A program made the translations under genes and the position numbers. A stretch of 64,000 nt of DNA from Mustelus asterias. Its lineage: Eukaryota. The stretch lies in NCBI RefSeq assembly GCF_964213995.1, contig NC_135808.1, positions 32,798,001 to 32,862,000 on the forward strand, in the 5' to 3' direction. The notes under the pieces were generated by a model. The model ran no database searches, was not told the DNA's origin, and saw only the letters and a list, made by a program, of their open reading frames with translations. Below are positions 27,201 to 42,200 of the stretch, piece by piece; the first letter of the stretch is position 1, and each line of letters begins with the position of its first letter.

Positions 27201-30200
27201 AATAACACACTGTCCACACTCCCTTCCCTACAGCAAACCGTCCTGTAACTGAATAACACACTTTCCACACTCCCTTCCCTACAGCACACCGTCCTGTAAC
27301 TGAATAACACACTGTCCACACTCCCTTCCCTACAGAACACCGTCCTGTAACTGAATAACACACTGTCCACACTCCCTACCCTACAGAACACCGTCCTGTA
27401 ACTGAATAACACACTGTCCACACTCCCTTCCCTACAGAACACCGTCTTGTAACTGAATAACACACTGTCCACACTCCCTTCCCTCCAGAACACCGTCCTG
27501 TAACTGAATAAAACACTGTCCACACTCCCTTCCCTACAGAACACCGTCCTGTAACTGAATAACATACTGTCCACACTCCCTTCCCTACAGAACACCGTCC
27601 TGTACCTGAATAACACACTGTCCACACTCCCTTCCCGACAGAACACCGTCCTGTAACTGAATAACAGACTGCCCACACTCCCTTCCCTACAGCAAACCGT
27701 CCTGTAACTGAATAACACACTGTCCACACTCCCTTCCCTACAGAACATGGTCCTGTAACTGAATAACACACTGTCCACACTCCCTTCCCTACAGACCACC
27801 GTCCTGTAACTGAACACACTGTCCACACTCCCTTCCCTACAGCACACTGTCCTGTAACTGAATAAAACATTGTCCACACTCCCTTCCCTGCAGCACACCG
27901 TCCTGTAACTGAATAACACATTGTCCACAAACACTTCCCGACAGAACACCGTCCTGTAACTCAATAACACACTGTCCACACTCCCTTCCCTACACAACAC
28001 CGTCCTGTAACTGAACACACTGTCCACACTCTCTTCCCTACAGCACACTGTCCTGTAACTGAATAACACACTGTCCACACTCCCTTTCCTACAGCAAACT
28101 GTCCTGTAACTGAACACACTGTCCACACACCCTTCCCGACAGAACACCGTCCTGAAACTGAATAACAGACTGTCCACTCTCCCTTCCCTACAGCACACCG
28201 TCCTGTAACTGAATAACACACTGTCCACACTCCCTTCCCGACAGCACACCGTCCTGTAACTGAATAACACACTGTCCACACTCCCTTCCCTACAGAACAC
28301 CGTCCTGTAACGGAATAACACACTGTCCACACTCCCTTCCCTACAGAACACCGTCCTGTAACTGAATAACACACTGTCCACACTCCCTTCCCTACAGCAC
28401 ACTGTCCTGTAACTGAATAACACACTGTCCACACTCCCTTCCCGACAGAACACTGTCCTGTAACTGAATAACACACTGTCCACACTCCCTTCCCTACAGC
28501 ACACTGTCCTGTAACTGAATAACAAACTGTCCACACACCCTTCCCTGCAGCACACCGTCCTGTAACTGAACACACTGTCCACATTCCCTTCCCTACAGCA
28601 CACTGTCCGGTAACTGAATAACACACTGTCCACACTCCCTTCCCTATAGCACACTGTCCTGTAACTGAATAACAAACAGTCCACACACCCTTCCCTACAG
28701 CACACTGTCCTGTAACTGAATAACAAACTGTCCACACACCCTTCCCTACAGCACACCGTCCTGTAACTGAACACACTGTCCACATTCCCTTCCCTACAGC
28801 ACACTGTCCGGTAACTGAATAACACACTGTCCACACTCCCTTCCCTATAGCACACTGTCCTGTAACTGAATAACACACTGCCCACACTCCCTTCCCTACA
28901 GCATACTGTCCTGTAACTGAATAACACACTGTCCACACTCCCTTCCCTACAGAACACTGTCCTGTAACTGAATAACACACTGTCCACACTCCCTTCCCTA
29001 CAGAACACCGTCCTGTAACTGAATAACACATTGTCCACACTCCCTTCCCTACAGCACACTGTCCTGTAACTGAATAACACACTGTCCACACTCCCTTCCC
29101 TACAGAACACTGTCCTGCAACTGAATAACACACTGTCCACACTCCCTTCCCTACAGAACACCGTCCTGTAACTGAATAACACACTGTCCACACTCCCTTC
29201 CCTATAGCACAACGTCCTGAAACTGAACACACTGTCCACACTCCCTTCCCGACAGCACACTGTCCTGTAACTGAACACACTGTCCACACTCACTTCCCTA
29301 TAGAACACCGTCCTGTAACTGAACACACTGTCCACACTCACTTTCCGACAGAACACCGTCCTGGAACTGAATAACAGACCGTCCACACTCCCTTCCCTAC
29401 AGCAAACCGTCCTGTAACTGAATAACAGACTGTCCACACTCCCTTCCCTACAGCAAACCGTCCTGTAACTGAACACACTGTCCACACTCCCTTCCCGACA
29501 GCACGCTGTCCTGTAACTGAATAACACATTGTCCACACACACTTCCCGATAGAACACCGTCCTGTAACTGAACACACTGTCCACACTCTCTTCCCTACAG
29601 CACCCTGTCCTGTAAGTGAAAAACACACTGTCCACACTCCCTTCCCTGCAGCAAACTGACCTCAAACTGAACACACTGTCCACACTCCCTTCCCTACAGA
29701 ACACCGTCCTGTAACTGAATAACAGACTGTCCACTCTCCCTTCCCTACAGCACACCGTCCTGTAACTGAATAACACACTGTCCACACTCCCTTCCCTACA
29801 GCAAACCGTCCTGTAACTGAATAACACACTGTCCACACTATCTTCCCGACAGCAAACCGTCCTGTAACTGAATAACACACTGTCCACACTCCCTTCCCTA
29901 CAGAACACCGTCCTGTAACTGAATAACACACTGTCCACACTCCGTTCCCTACAGAACACCGTCCTGTAACTGAATAACACACTGTCCACACTCCCTTCCC
30001 TAAAGAACACCGTCCTGTAACTGAACACACTGTCCACACTCTCTTCCCTACAGCACACTGTCCTGTAACTGAATAACACACTGTCCACACTCCCTTCCCT
30101 ACAGCAAACTGTCCTGTAACTGAACACACTGTCCACCCACCCTTCCCTACAGAACACCGTCCTGTAACTGAATAACAGACTGTCCACTCTCCCTTCCCTA

Positions 30201-33200
30201 CAGCAAACCGTCCTGTAACTGAATAACACACTGTCCACACTCCCTTCCCTACAGCAAACTGTCCTGCAACTGAATAACACACTGTCCACACTCCCCTCCC
30301 TACAGCACACCGTCCTGTAACTGAATAACACACTGTCCACACTCCCTTCCCTACAGAACACCGTCCTGTAACTGAATAACACACTGTCCACACTCCCTTC
30401 CCTACAGAACACCGTCCTGTAACTGAATAACACACTGTCCACACTCCCTTCCCGACAGAACACCGTCTTGTAACTGAATAACACACTGTCCACACTCCCT
30501 TCCCTCCAGAACACCGTCCTGTAACTGAATAACACACTGTCCACACTCCCTTCCCGACAGAACACCGTCCTGTAACTGAATAACACACTGTCCACACTCC
30601 CTTCCCTCCAGCACACTGTCCTGTAACTGAATAACACATTGTCCACACTCACTTCCCTACAGCAAACCGTCCTGGAACTGAATAACAGACTGTCCACACT
30701 CCCTTCCCTACAGCACACTGTCCTGTAACTGAATAACACACTGTCCACACTCCCCTACAGACCACCGTCCTGTAACTGAACACACTGTCCACTCTCCCTT
30801 CCCTACAGCACACTGTCCTGTAACTGAATAACACATTGTCCACAAACACTTCCCTACAGCAAACCGTCCTGTAACTGAATAACACACTGTCCACACTCCC
30901 TTCCCTACAGAACACCGTCCTGTAACTGAATAACACACTGTCCACACTCCCTTCGCTACAGCAAACCGTCCTGTAACTGAATAACACACTGTCCACACTC
31001 CCTTCCCTATAGCAAACCGTCCTGTAACTGAATAACACACTGTCCACACTCCCTTCCCTACAGAACACCGTCCTGTAACTGAATAACACACTGTCCACAC
31101 TCCCTTCCCTACAGAACACCATCCTGTAACTGAATAACACACTGTCCACACTCCCTTCCCTACAGAACACCGTCCTGTAACTGAATAACACACTGTCCAC
31201 ACTCCCTTCCCTACAGAACATCGTCCTGTAACTGAATAACACACTGTCCACACGCCCTTCCCTACAGCACACCGTCCTGCAACTGAATAACACACTGTCC
31301 ACACTCCCTTCCCGACAGCACACTGTCCTGTAACTGAATAACACACTGTCCACAATCACTTCCCTACAGCACACCGTCCTGTAACTGAATAACACACTGT
31401 CCACACTCCCTTCCCTACAGCACACTGTCCTGTAACTGAATAACACATTGTCCACACTCACTTCCCTACAGAACACCGTCCTGTAACTGAATAACACACT
31501 GTCCACACTCCCTTCCCTACAGAACACCGTCCTGTAACTGAACACACTGTCCACACTCTCTTCCCTACAGCACACTGTCCTGTAACTGAATAACACACTG
31601 TCCACACTCCCTTCCCTACAGCAAACTGTCCTGTAACTGAACACACTGTCCACACACCCTTCCCGACAGAACACCGTCCTGTAACTGAATAACAGACTGT
31701 CCACTCTCCCTTCCCTACAGCACACCGTCCAGTAACTGAATAACACACTGTCCACACTCCCTTCCCTACAGCACAACGTTCTGTAACTGAATAACACACT
31801 GTCCACACTTCCTTCCCGACAGCAAACCGTCCTGTAACTGAATAACACACTGTCCACACTCCCTTCCCTACAGCAAACCGTCCTGTAACTGAATAACACA
31901 CTTTCCACACTCCCTTCCCTACAGCACACCGTCCTGTAACTGAATAACACACTGTCCACACTCCCTTCCCTACAGAACACCGTCCTGTAACTGAATAACA
32001 CACTGTCCACACTCCCTACCCTACAGAACACCGTCCTGTAACTGAATAACACACTGTCCACACTCCCTTCCCTACAGAACACCGTCTTGTAACTGAATAA
32101 CACACTGTCCACACTCCCTTCCCTCCAGAACACCGTCCTGTAACTGAATAAAACACTGTCCACACTCCCTTCCCTACAGAACACCGTCCTGTAACTGAAT
32201 AACATACTGTCCACACTCCCTTCCCTACAGAACACCGTCCTGTACCTGAATAACACACTGTCCACACTCCCTTCCCGACAGAACACCGTCCTGTAACTGA
32301 ATAACAGACTGCCCACACTCCCTTCCCTACAGCAAACCGTCCTGTAACTGAATAACACACTGTCCACACTCCCTTCCCTACAGAACATGGTCCTGTAACT
32401 GAATAACACACTGTCCACACTCCCTTCCCTACAGACCACCGTCCTGTAACTGAACACACTGTCCACACTCCCTTCCCTACAGCACACTGTCCTGTAACTG
32501 AATAAAACATTGTCCACACTCCCTTCCCTGCAGCACACCGTCCTGTAACTGAATAACACATTGTCCACAAACACTTCCCGACAGAACACCGTCCTGTAAC
32601 TCAATAAAACACTGTCCACACTCCCTTCCCTACACAACACCGTCCTGTAACTGAACACACTGTCCACACTCTCTTCCCTACAGCACACTGTCCTGTAACT
32701 GAATAACACACTGTCCACACTCCCTTTCCTACAGCAAACTGTCCTGTAACTGAACACACTGTCCACACACCCTTCCCGACAGAACACCGTCCTGAAACTG
32801 AATAACAGACTGTCCACTCTCCCTTCCCTACAGCACACCGTCCTGTAACTGAATAACACACTGTCCACACTCCCTTCCCGACAGCACACCGTCCTGTAAC
32901 TGAATAACACACTGTCCACACTCCCTTCCCTACAGAACACCGTCCTGTAACGGAATAACACACTGTCCACACTCCCTTCCTTACAGAACACCGTCCTGTA
33001 ACGGAATAACACACTGTCCACATTCCCTTCCCAACAGCACAACGTCCTGTAACTGAATAACATACTGTCCACACTGCCTTCCCGACAGCACACCGTCCTG
33101 TAACTGAATAACACACTGTCCACACTCCCTTCGCTACAGCAAACAGTCCTGTCACTGAATAACACACTATCCACACTCCCTTCCCTCCATCAAACCGTCC

Positions 33201-36200
33201 TGTAACTGAATAACACACTGTCCACACTCCCTTCCCTACAGAACACCGTCCTGTAACTGAATAACACACTGTCCACACTCCCTTCCCTACAGAACACCGT
33301 CCTGTACCTGAATAACACACTGTCCACACTCCCTTCCCGACAGAACACCGTCCTGTAACTGAATAACAGACTGCCCACACTCCCTTCCCTACAGCAAACC
33401 GTCCTGTAACTGAATAACACACTGTCCACACTCCCTTCCCTACAGCACACCGTCCTGTAACTGAATAACATACTGTCCACACTGCCTTCCCGACAGCACA
33501 CCGTCCTGTAACTGAATAACACACTGTCCACACTCCCTTCCCTACAGCACACCGTCCTGTAACTGAATAACACACTGTCCACACTCCCTTCCCTACAGCA
33601 AACCGTCCTGTAACTGAATAACACACTGTCCACACTCCCTTCCCGACAGCAAACCGTCCTGTAACTGAATAAGACACTGTCCACACTCCCTTCCCTACAG
33701 CACACCGTCCTGTAACTGAACAACACACTGTCCACACTCCCTTCCCTACAGAACACCGTCCTGTAACTGAATAACACACTGTCCACACTCCCTTCCCTAC
33801 AGAACACCGTCCTGTAACTGAATAACACACTGTCCACACTCCCTTCCCTACAGAACACCATCTTGTAACTGAATAACACACTGTCCACACTCCCTTCCCT
33901 CCAGAACACCGTCCTGTAACTGAATAACACACTGTCCACACTCCCTTCCCTACAGAACACCGTCCTGTAACTGAATAACACACTGTCCACACTTCCTTCT
34001 CTACAGCAAACCGTCCAGTAACTGAATAACAGACTGTCCACACTCCTTTCCCTACAGCACACTGTCCTGTAACTGAATAACACACTGCCCACACTCACTT
34101 CCATACAGACCACCGTCCTGTAACTGAATAACACACTGTCCACACTCCCTTCCCTACAGCACACTGTCCTGTAACTGAATAACACATTGTCCACACTCAC
34201 TTCCCTACAGAACACCGTCCTGGAACTGAATAACACACTGTCCACACTCCCTTCCCTACAGCAAACCGTCCTGTAACTGAATAACACACTTTCCACACTC
34301 CCTTCCCTACAGCACACCGTCCTGTAACTGAATAACACACTGTCCACACTCCCTTCCCTACAGAACACCGTCCTGTAACTGAATAACACACTGTCCACAC
34401 TCCCTACCCTACAGAACACCGTCCTGTAACTGAATAACACACTGTCCACACTCCCTTCCCTACAAAACACCGTCTTGTAACTGAATAACACACTGTCCAC
34501 ACTCCCTTCCCTCCAGAACACCGTCCTGTAACTGAATAACACACTGTCCACACTCCCTTCCCTACAGAACACCGTCCTGTAACTGAATAACACACTGCCC
34601 ACACTCCCTTCCCTACAGAACACCGTCCTGTACCTGAATAACACACTGTCCATACTCCCTTCCCGACAGAACACCGTCCTGTAACTGAATAACAGACTGC
34701 CCACACTCCCTTCCCTACAGCAAACCGTCCTGTAACTGAATAACACACTGTCCACACTCCCTTCCCTACAGAACATGGTCCTGTAACTGAATAACACGCT
34801 GTCCACACTCCCTTCCCTACAGACCACCGTCCTGTAACTGAACACACTGTCCACACTCCCTTCCCTACAGCACACTGTCCTGTAACTGAATAAAACATTG
34901 TCCACACTCCCTTCCCTGCAGCACACCGTCCTGTAACTGAATAACACATTGTCCACAAACACTTCCCGACAGAACACCGTCCTGTAACTGAACACACTGT
35001 CCACACTCTCTTCCCTACAGCACACTGTCCTGTAACTGAATAACACACTGTCCACACTCCCTTTCCTACAGCAAACTGTCCTGTAACTGAACACACTGTC
35101 CACACACCCTTCCCTACAGAACACCGTCCTGAAACTGAATAACAGACTGTCCACTCTCCCTTCCCTACAGCACACCGTCCTGTAACTGAATAACACACTG
35201 TCCACACTCCCTTCCCGACAGCACACCGTCCTGTAACTGAATAACACACTGTCCACACTCCCTTCCCTACAGAACACCGTCCTGTAACGGAATAACACAC
35301 TGTCCACACTCCCTTCCTTACAGAACACCGTCCTGTAACGGAATACCACACTGTCCACACTCCCTTCCCAACAGCACAACGTCCTGTAACTGAATAACAT
35401 ACTGTCCACACTCCCTTCCCGACAGCACACCGTCCTGTAACTGAATAACACACTGTCCACACTCCCTTCGCTACAGCAAACAGTCCTGTCACTGAATAAC
35501 ACACTGTCCACACTCCCTTCCCTCCAGCAAACCGTCCTGTAACTGAATAACACACTGTCCACACTCCCTTCCCTACAGAACACCGTCCTGTAACTGAATA
35601 ACACACTGTCCACACTCCCTTCCCTACAGACCACCGTCCTGTAACTGAACACACTGTCCACACTCCCTTCCCTACAGCACACTGTCCTGTAACTGAATAA
35701 AACATTGTCCACACTCCCTTCCCTGCAGCACACCGTCCTGTAACTGAATAACACATTGTCCACAAACACTTCCCGACAGAACACCGTCCTGTAACTCAAT
35801 AACACACTGTCCACACTCCCTTCCCTACACAACACCGTCCTGTAACTGAACACACTGTCCACACTCTCTTCCCTACAGCACACTGTCCTGTAACTGAATA
35901 ACACACTGTCCACACTCCCTTTCCTACAGCAAACTGTCCTGTAACTGAACACACTGTCCACACACCCTTCCCGACAGAACACCGTCCTGAAACTGAATAA
36001 CAGACTGTCCACTCTCCCTTCCCTACAGCACACCGTCCTGTAACTGAATAACACACTGTCCACACTCCCTTCCCGACAGCACACCGTCCTGTAACTGAAT
36101 AACACACTGTCCACACTCCCTTCCCTACAGAACACCGTCCTGTAACGGAATAACACACTGTCCACACTCCCTTCCTTACAGAACACCGTCCTGTAACGGA

Positions 36201-39200
36201 ATAACACACTGTCCACATTCCCTTCCCAACAGCACAACGTCCTGTAACTGAATAACATACTGTCCACACTGCCTTCCCGACAGCACACCGTCCTGTAACT
36301 GAATAACACACTGTCCACACTCCCTTCGCTACAGCAAACAGTCCTGTCACTGAATAACACACTATCCACACTCCCTTCCCTCCATCAAACCGTCCTGTAA
36401 CTGAATAACACACTGTCCACACTCCCTTCCCTACAGAACACCGTCCTGTAACTGAATAACACACTGTCCACACTCCCTTCCCTACAGAACACCGTCCTGT
36501 ACCTGAATAACACACTGTCCACACTCCCTTCCCGACAGAACACCGTCCTGTAACTGAATAACAGACTGCCCACACTCCCTTCCCTACAGCAAACCGTCCT
36601 GTAACTGAATAACACACTGTCCACACTCCCTTCCCTACAGCACACCGTCCTGTAACTGAATAACATACTGTCCACACTGCCTTCCCGACAGCACACCGTC
36701 CTGTAACTGAATAACACACTGTCCACACTCCCTTCCCTACAGCACACCGTCCTGTAACTGAATAACACACTGTCCACACTCCCTTCCCTACAGCAAACCG
36801 TCCTGTAACTGAATAACACACTGTCCACACTCCCTTCCCGACAGCAAACCGTCCTGTAACTGAATAAGACACTGTCCACACTCCCTTCCCTACAGCACAC
36901 CGTCCTGTAACTGAACAACACACTGTCCACACTCCCTTCCCTACAGAACACCGTCCTGTAACTGAATAACACACTGTCCACACTCCCTTCCCTACAGAAC
37001 ACCGTCCTGTAACTGAATAACACACTGTCCACACTCCCTTCCCGACAGAACACCATCTTGTAACTGAATAACACACTGTCCACACTCCCTTCCCTCCAGA
37101 ACACCGTCCTGTAACTGAATAACACACTGTCCACACTCCCTTCCCTACAGAACACCGTCCTGTAACTGAATAACACACTGTCCACACTTCCTTCTCTACA
37201 GCAAACCGTCCAGTAACTGAATAACAGACTGTCCACACTCCTTTCCCTACAGCACACTGTCCTGTAACTGAATAACACACTGCCCACACTCACTTCCATA
37301 CAGACCACCGTCCTGTAACTGAATAACACACTGTCCACACTCCCTTCCCTACAGCACACTGTCCTGTAACTGAATAACACATTGTCCACACTCACTTCCC
37401 TACAGAACACCGTCCTGGAACTGAATAAAACACTGTCCACACTCCCTTCCCTACAGCAAACCGTCCTGTAACTGAATAACACACTTTCCACAGTCCCTTC
37501 CCTACAGCACACCGTCCTGTAACTGAATAACACACTGTCCACACTCCCTTCCCTACAGAACACCGTCCTGTAACTGAATAACACACTGTCCACACTCCCT
37601 ACCCTACAGAACACCGTCCTGTAACTGAATAACACACTGTCCACACTCCCTTCCCTACAAAACACCGTCTTGTAACTGAATAACACACTGTCCACACTCC
37701 CTTCCCTCCAGAACACCGTCCTGTAACTGAATAACACACTGTCCACACTCCCTTCCCTACAGAACACCGTCCTGTAACTGAATAACACACTGCCCACACT
37801 CCCTTCCCTACAGAACACCGTCCTGTACCTGAATAACACACTGTCCATACTCCCTTCCCGACAGAACACCGTCCTGTAACTGAATAACAGACTGCCCACA
37901 CTCCCTTCCCTACAGCAAACCGTCCTGTAACTGAATAACACACTGTCCACACTCCCTTCCCTACAGAACATGGTCCTGTAACTGAATAACACGCTGTCCA
38001 CACTCCCTTCCCTACAGACCACCGTCCTGTAACTGAACACACTGTCCACACTCCCTTCCCTACAGCACACTGTCCTGTAACTGAATAAAACATTGTCCAC
38101 ACTCCCTTCCCTGCAGCACACCGTCCTGTAACTGAATAACACATTGTCCACAAACACTTCCCGACAGAACACCGTCCTGTAACTGAACACACTGTCCACA
38201 CTCTCTTCCCTACAGCACACTGTCCTGTAACTGAATAACACACTGTCCACACTCCCTTTCCTACAGCAAACTGTCCTGTAACTGAACACACTGTCCACAC
38301 ACCCTTCCCTACAGAACACCGTCCTGAAACTGAATAACAGACTGTCCACTCTCCCTTCCCTACAGCACACCGTCCTGTAACTGAATAACACACTGTCCAC
38401 ACTCCCTTCCCGACAGCACACCGTCCTGTAACTGAATAACACACTGTCCACACTCCCTTCCCTACAGAACACCGTCCTGTAACGGAATAACACACTGTCC
38501 ACACTCCCTTCCTTACAGAACACCGTCCTGTAACGGAATACCACACTGTCCACACTCCCTTCCCAACAGCACAACGTCCTGTAACTGAATAACATACTGT
38601 CCACACTCCCTTCCCGACAGCACACCGTCCTGTAACTGAATAACACACTGTCCACACTCCCTTCGCTACAGCAAACAGTCCTGTCACTGAATAACACACT
38701 GTCCACACTCCCTTCCCTCCAGCAAACCGTCCTGTAACTGAATAACACACTGTCCACACTCCCTTCCCTACAGAACACCGTCCTGTAACTGAATAACACA
38801 CTGTCCACACTCCCTTCCCTACAGAACACCGTCCTGTACCTGAATAACACACTGTCCACACTCCCTTTCCGACAGAACACCGTCCTGTAACTGAATAACA
38901 GACTGCCCACACTCCCTTCCCTACAGCAAACCGTCCTGTAACTGAATAACACACTGTCCACACTCCCTTCCCTGCAGCACACCGTCCTGTAACTGAATAA
39001 CATACTGTCCACACTGCCTTCCCGACAGCACACCGTCCTGTAACTGAATAACACACTGTCCACACTCCCTTCCCTACAGCACACCGTCCTGTAACTGAAT
39101 AACACACTGTCCACACTCCCTTCCCTACAGCAAACCGTCCTGTAACTGAATAACACACTGTCCACACTCCCTTCCCTACAGCAAACCGTCCTGTAACTGA

Positions 39201-42200
39201 ATAAGACACTGTCCACACTCCCTTCCCTACAGCACACCGTCCTGTAACTGAACAACACACTGTCCACACTCCCTTCCCTACAGAACACCGTCCTGTAACT
39301 GAATAACACACTGTCCACACTCCCTTCCCTACAGAACACCGTCCTGTAACTGAATAACACACTGTCCACACTCCCTTCCCTACAGAACACCATCTTGTAA
39401 CTGAATAACACACTGTCCACACTCCCTTCCCTCCAGAACACCGTCCTGTAACTGAATAACACACTGTCCACACTCCCTTCCCTACAGAACACCGTCCTGT
39501 AACTGAATAACACACTGTCCACACTTCCTTCTCTACAGCAAACCGTCCAGTAACTGAATAACAGACTGTCCACACTCCTTTCCCTACAGCACAATGTCCT
39601 GTAACTGAATAACACACTGCCCACACTCACTTCCATACAGACCACCGTCCTGTAACTGAACACACTGTCCACACTCCCTTCCCTACAGCACACTGTCCTG
39701 TAACTGAATAACACATTGTCCACACTCACTTCCCTACAGAACACCGTCCTGGAACTGAATAACACACTGTCCACACTCCCTTCCCTACAGAACACCGTCC
39801 TGTAACTGTACACACTGTCCACACTCTCTTCCCTACAGCACACTGTCCTGTAACTGAATAACACACTGTCCACACTCCCTTCCCTACAGCAAACTGTCCT
39901 GTAACTGAACACACTGTCCACACACCCTTCCCTACAGAACACCGTCCTGTAACTGAATAACAGACTGTCCACTCTCCCTTCCCTACAGCACACCGTCCTG
40001 TAACTGAATAACACACTGTCCACACTCCCTTCCCTACAGCACACCGTCCTGTAACTGAATAACAGACTGTCCACTCTCCCTTCCCTACAGCACACCGTCC
40101 TGTAACTGAATAACACACTGTCCACACTCCCTTCCCTACAGCACACCGTCCTGTAACTGAATAACACACTGTCCACACTCCCTTCCCTACAGACCACCGT
40201 CCTGTAACTGAACACACTGTCCACACTCCCTTCCCTACAGCACACTGTCCTGTAACTGAATAAAACATAGTCCACACTCCCTTCCCTGCAGCACACCGTC
40301 CTGTAACTGAATAACACATTGTCCACAAACACTTCCCGACAGAACACCGTCCTGTAACTGAACACACTGTCCACACTCTCTTCCCTACAGCACACTGTCC
40401 TGTAACTGAATAACACACTGTCCACACTCCCTTTCCTACAGCAAACTGTCCTGTAACTGAACACACTGTCCACACACCCTTCCCTACAGAACACCGTCCT
40501 GAAACTGAATAACAGACTGTCCACTCTCCCTTCCCTACAGCACACCGTCCTGTAACTGAATAACACACTGTCCACACTCCCTTCCCGACAGCACACCGTC
40601 CTGTAACTGAATAACACACTGTCCACACTCCCTTCCCTACAGAACACCGTCCTGTAACGGAATAACACACTGTCCACACTCCCTTCCTTACAGAACACCG
40701 TCCTGTAACGGAATAACACACTGTCCACACTCCCTTCCCAACAGCACAACGTCCTGTAACTGAATAACATACTGTCCACACTCCCTTCCCGACAGCACAC
40801 CGTCCTGTAACTGAATAACACACTGTCCACACTCCCTTCGCTACAGCAAACAGTCCTGTCACTGAATAACACACTGTCCACACTCCCTTCCCTCCAGCAA
40901 ACCGTCCTGTAACTGAATAACACACTGTCCACACTCCCTTCCCTACAGAACACCGTCCTGTAACTGAATAACACACTGTCCACACTCCCTTCCCTACAGA
41001 ACACCGTCCTGTACCTGAATAACACACTGTCCACACTCCCTTCCCGACAGAACACCGTCCTGTAACTGAATAACAGACTGCCCACACTCCCTTCCCTACA
41101 GCAAACCGTCCTGTAACTGAATAACACACTGTCCACACTCCCCTCCCTGCAGCACACCGTCCAGTAACTGAATAACATACTGTCCACACTGCCTTCCCGA
41201 CAGCACACCGTCCTGTAACTGAATAACACACTGTCCACACTCCCTTCCCTACAGCACACCGTCCTGGAACTGAATAACACACTGTCCACACTCCCTTCCC
41301 TACAGCAAACCGTCCTGTAACTGAATAACACACTGTCCACACTCCCTTCCCTACAGCAAACCGTCCTGTAACTGAATAAGACACTGTCCACACTCCCTTC
41401 CCTACAGCACACCGTCCTGTAACTGAACAACACACTGTCCACACTCCCTTCCCTACAGAACACCGTCCTGTAACTGAATAACACACTGTCCACACTCCCT
41501 TCCCTACAGAACACCGTCCTGTAACTGAATAACACACTGTCCACACTCCCTTCCCTACAGAACACCATCTTGTAACTGAATAACACACTGTCCACACTCC
41601 CTTCCCTCCAGAACACCGTCCTGTAACTGAATAACACACTGTCCACACTCCCTTCCCTACAGAACACCGTCCTGTAACTGAATAACACACTGTCCACACT
41701 TCCTTCTCTACAGCAAACCGTCCAGTAACTGAATAACAGACTGTCCACACTCCTTTCCCTACAGCACACTGTCCTGTAACTGAATAACACACTGCCCACA
41801 CTCACTTCCATACAGACCACCGTCCTGTAACTGAACACACTGTCCACACTCCCTTCCCTACAGCACACTGTCCTGTAACTGAATAACACATTGTCCACAC
41901 TCATTTCCCTACAGAACACCGTCCTGGAACTGAATAACACACTGTCCACACTCCCTTCCCTACAGAACACCGTCCTGTAACTGTACACACTGTCCACACT
42001 CTCCTCCCTACAGCACACTGTCCTGTAACTGAATAACACACTGTCCACACTCCCTTCCCTACAGCAAACTGTCCTGTAACTGAACACACTGTCCACACAC
42101 CCTTCCCTACAGAACACCGTCCTGTAACTGAATAACAGACTGTCCACTCTCCCTTCCCTACAGCACACCGTCCTGTAACTGAATAACACACTGTCCACAC

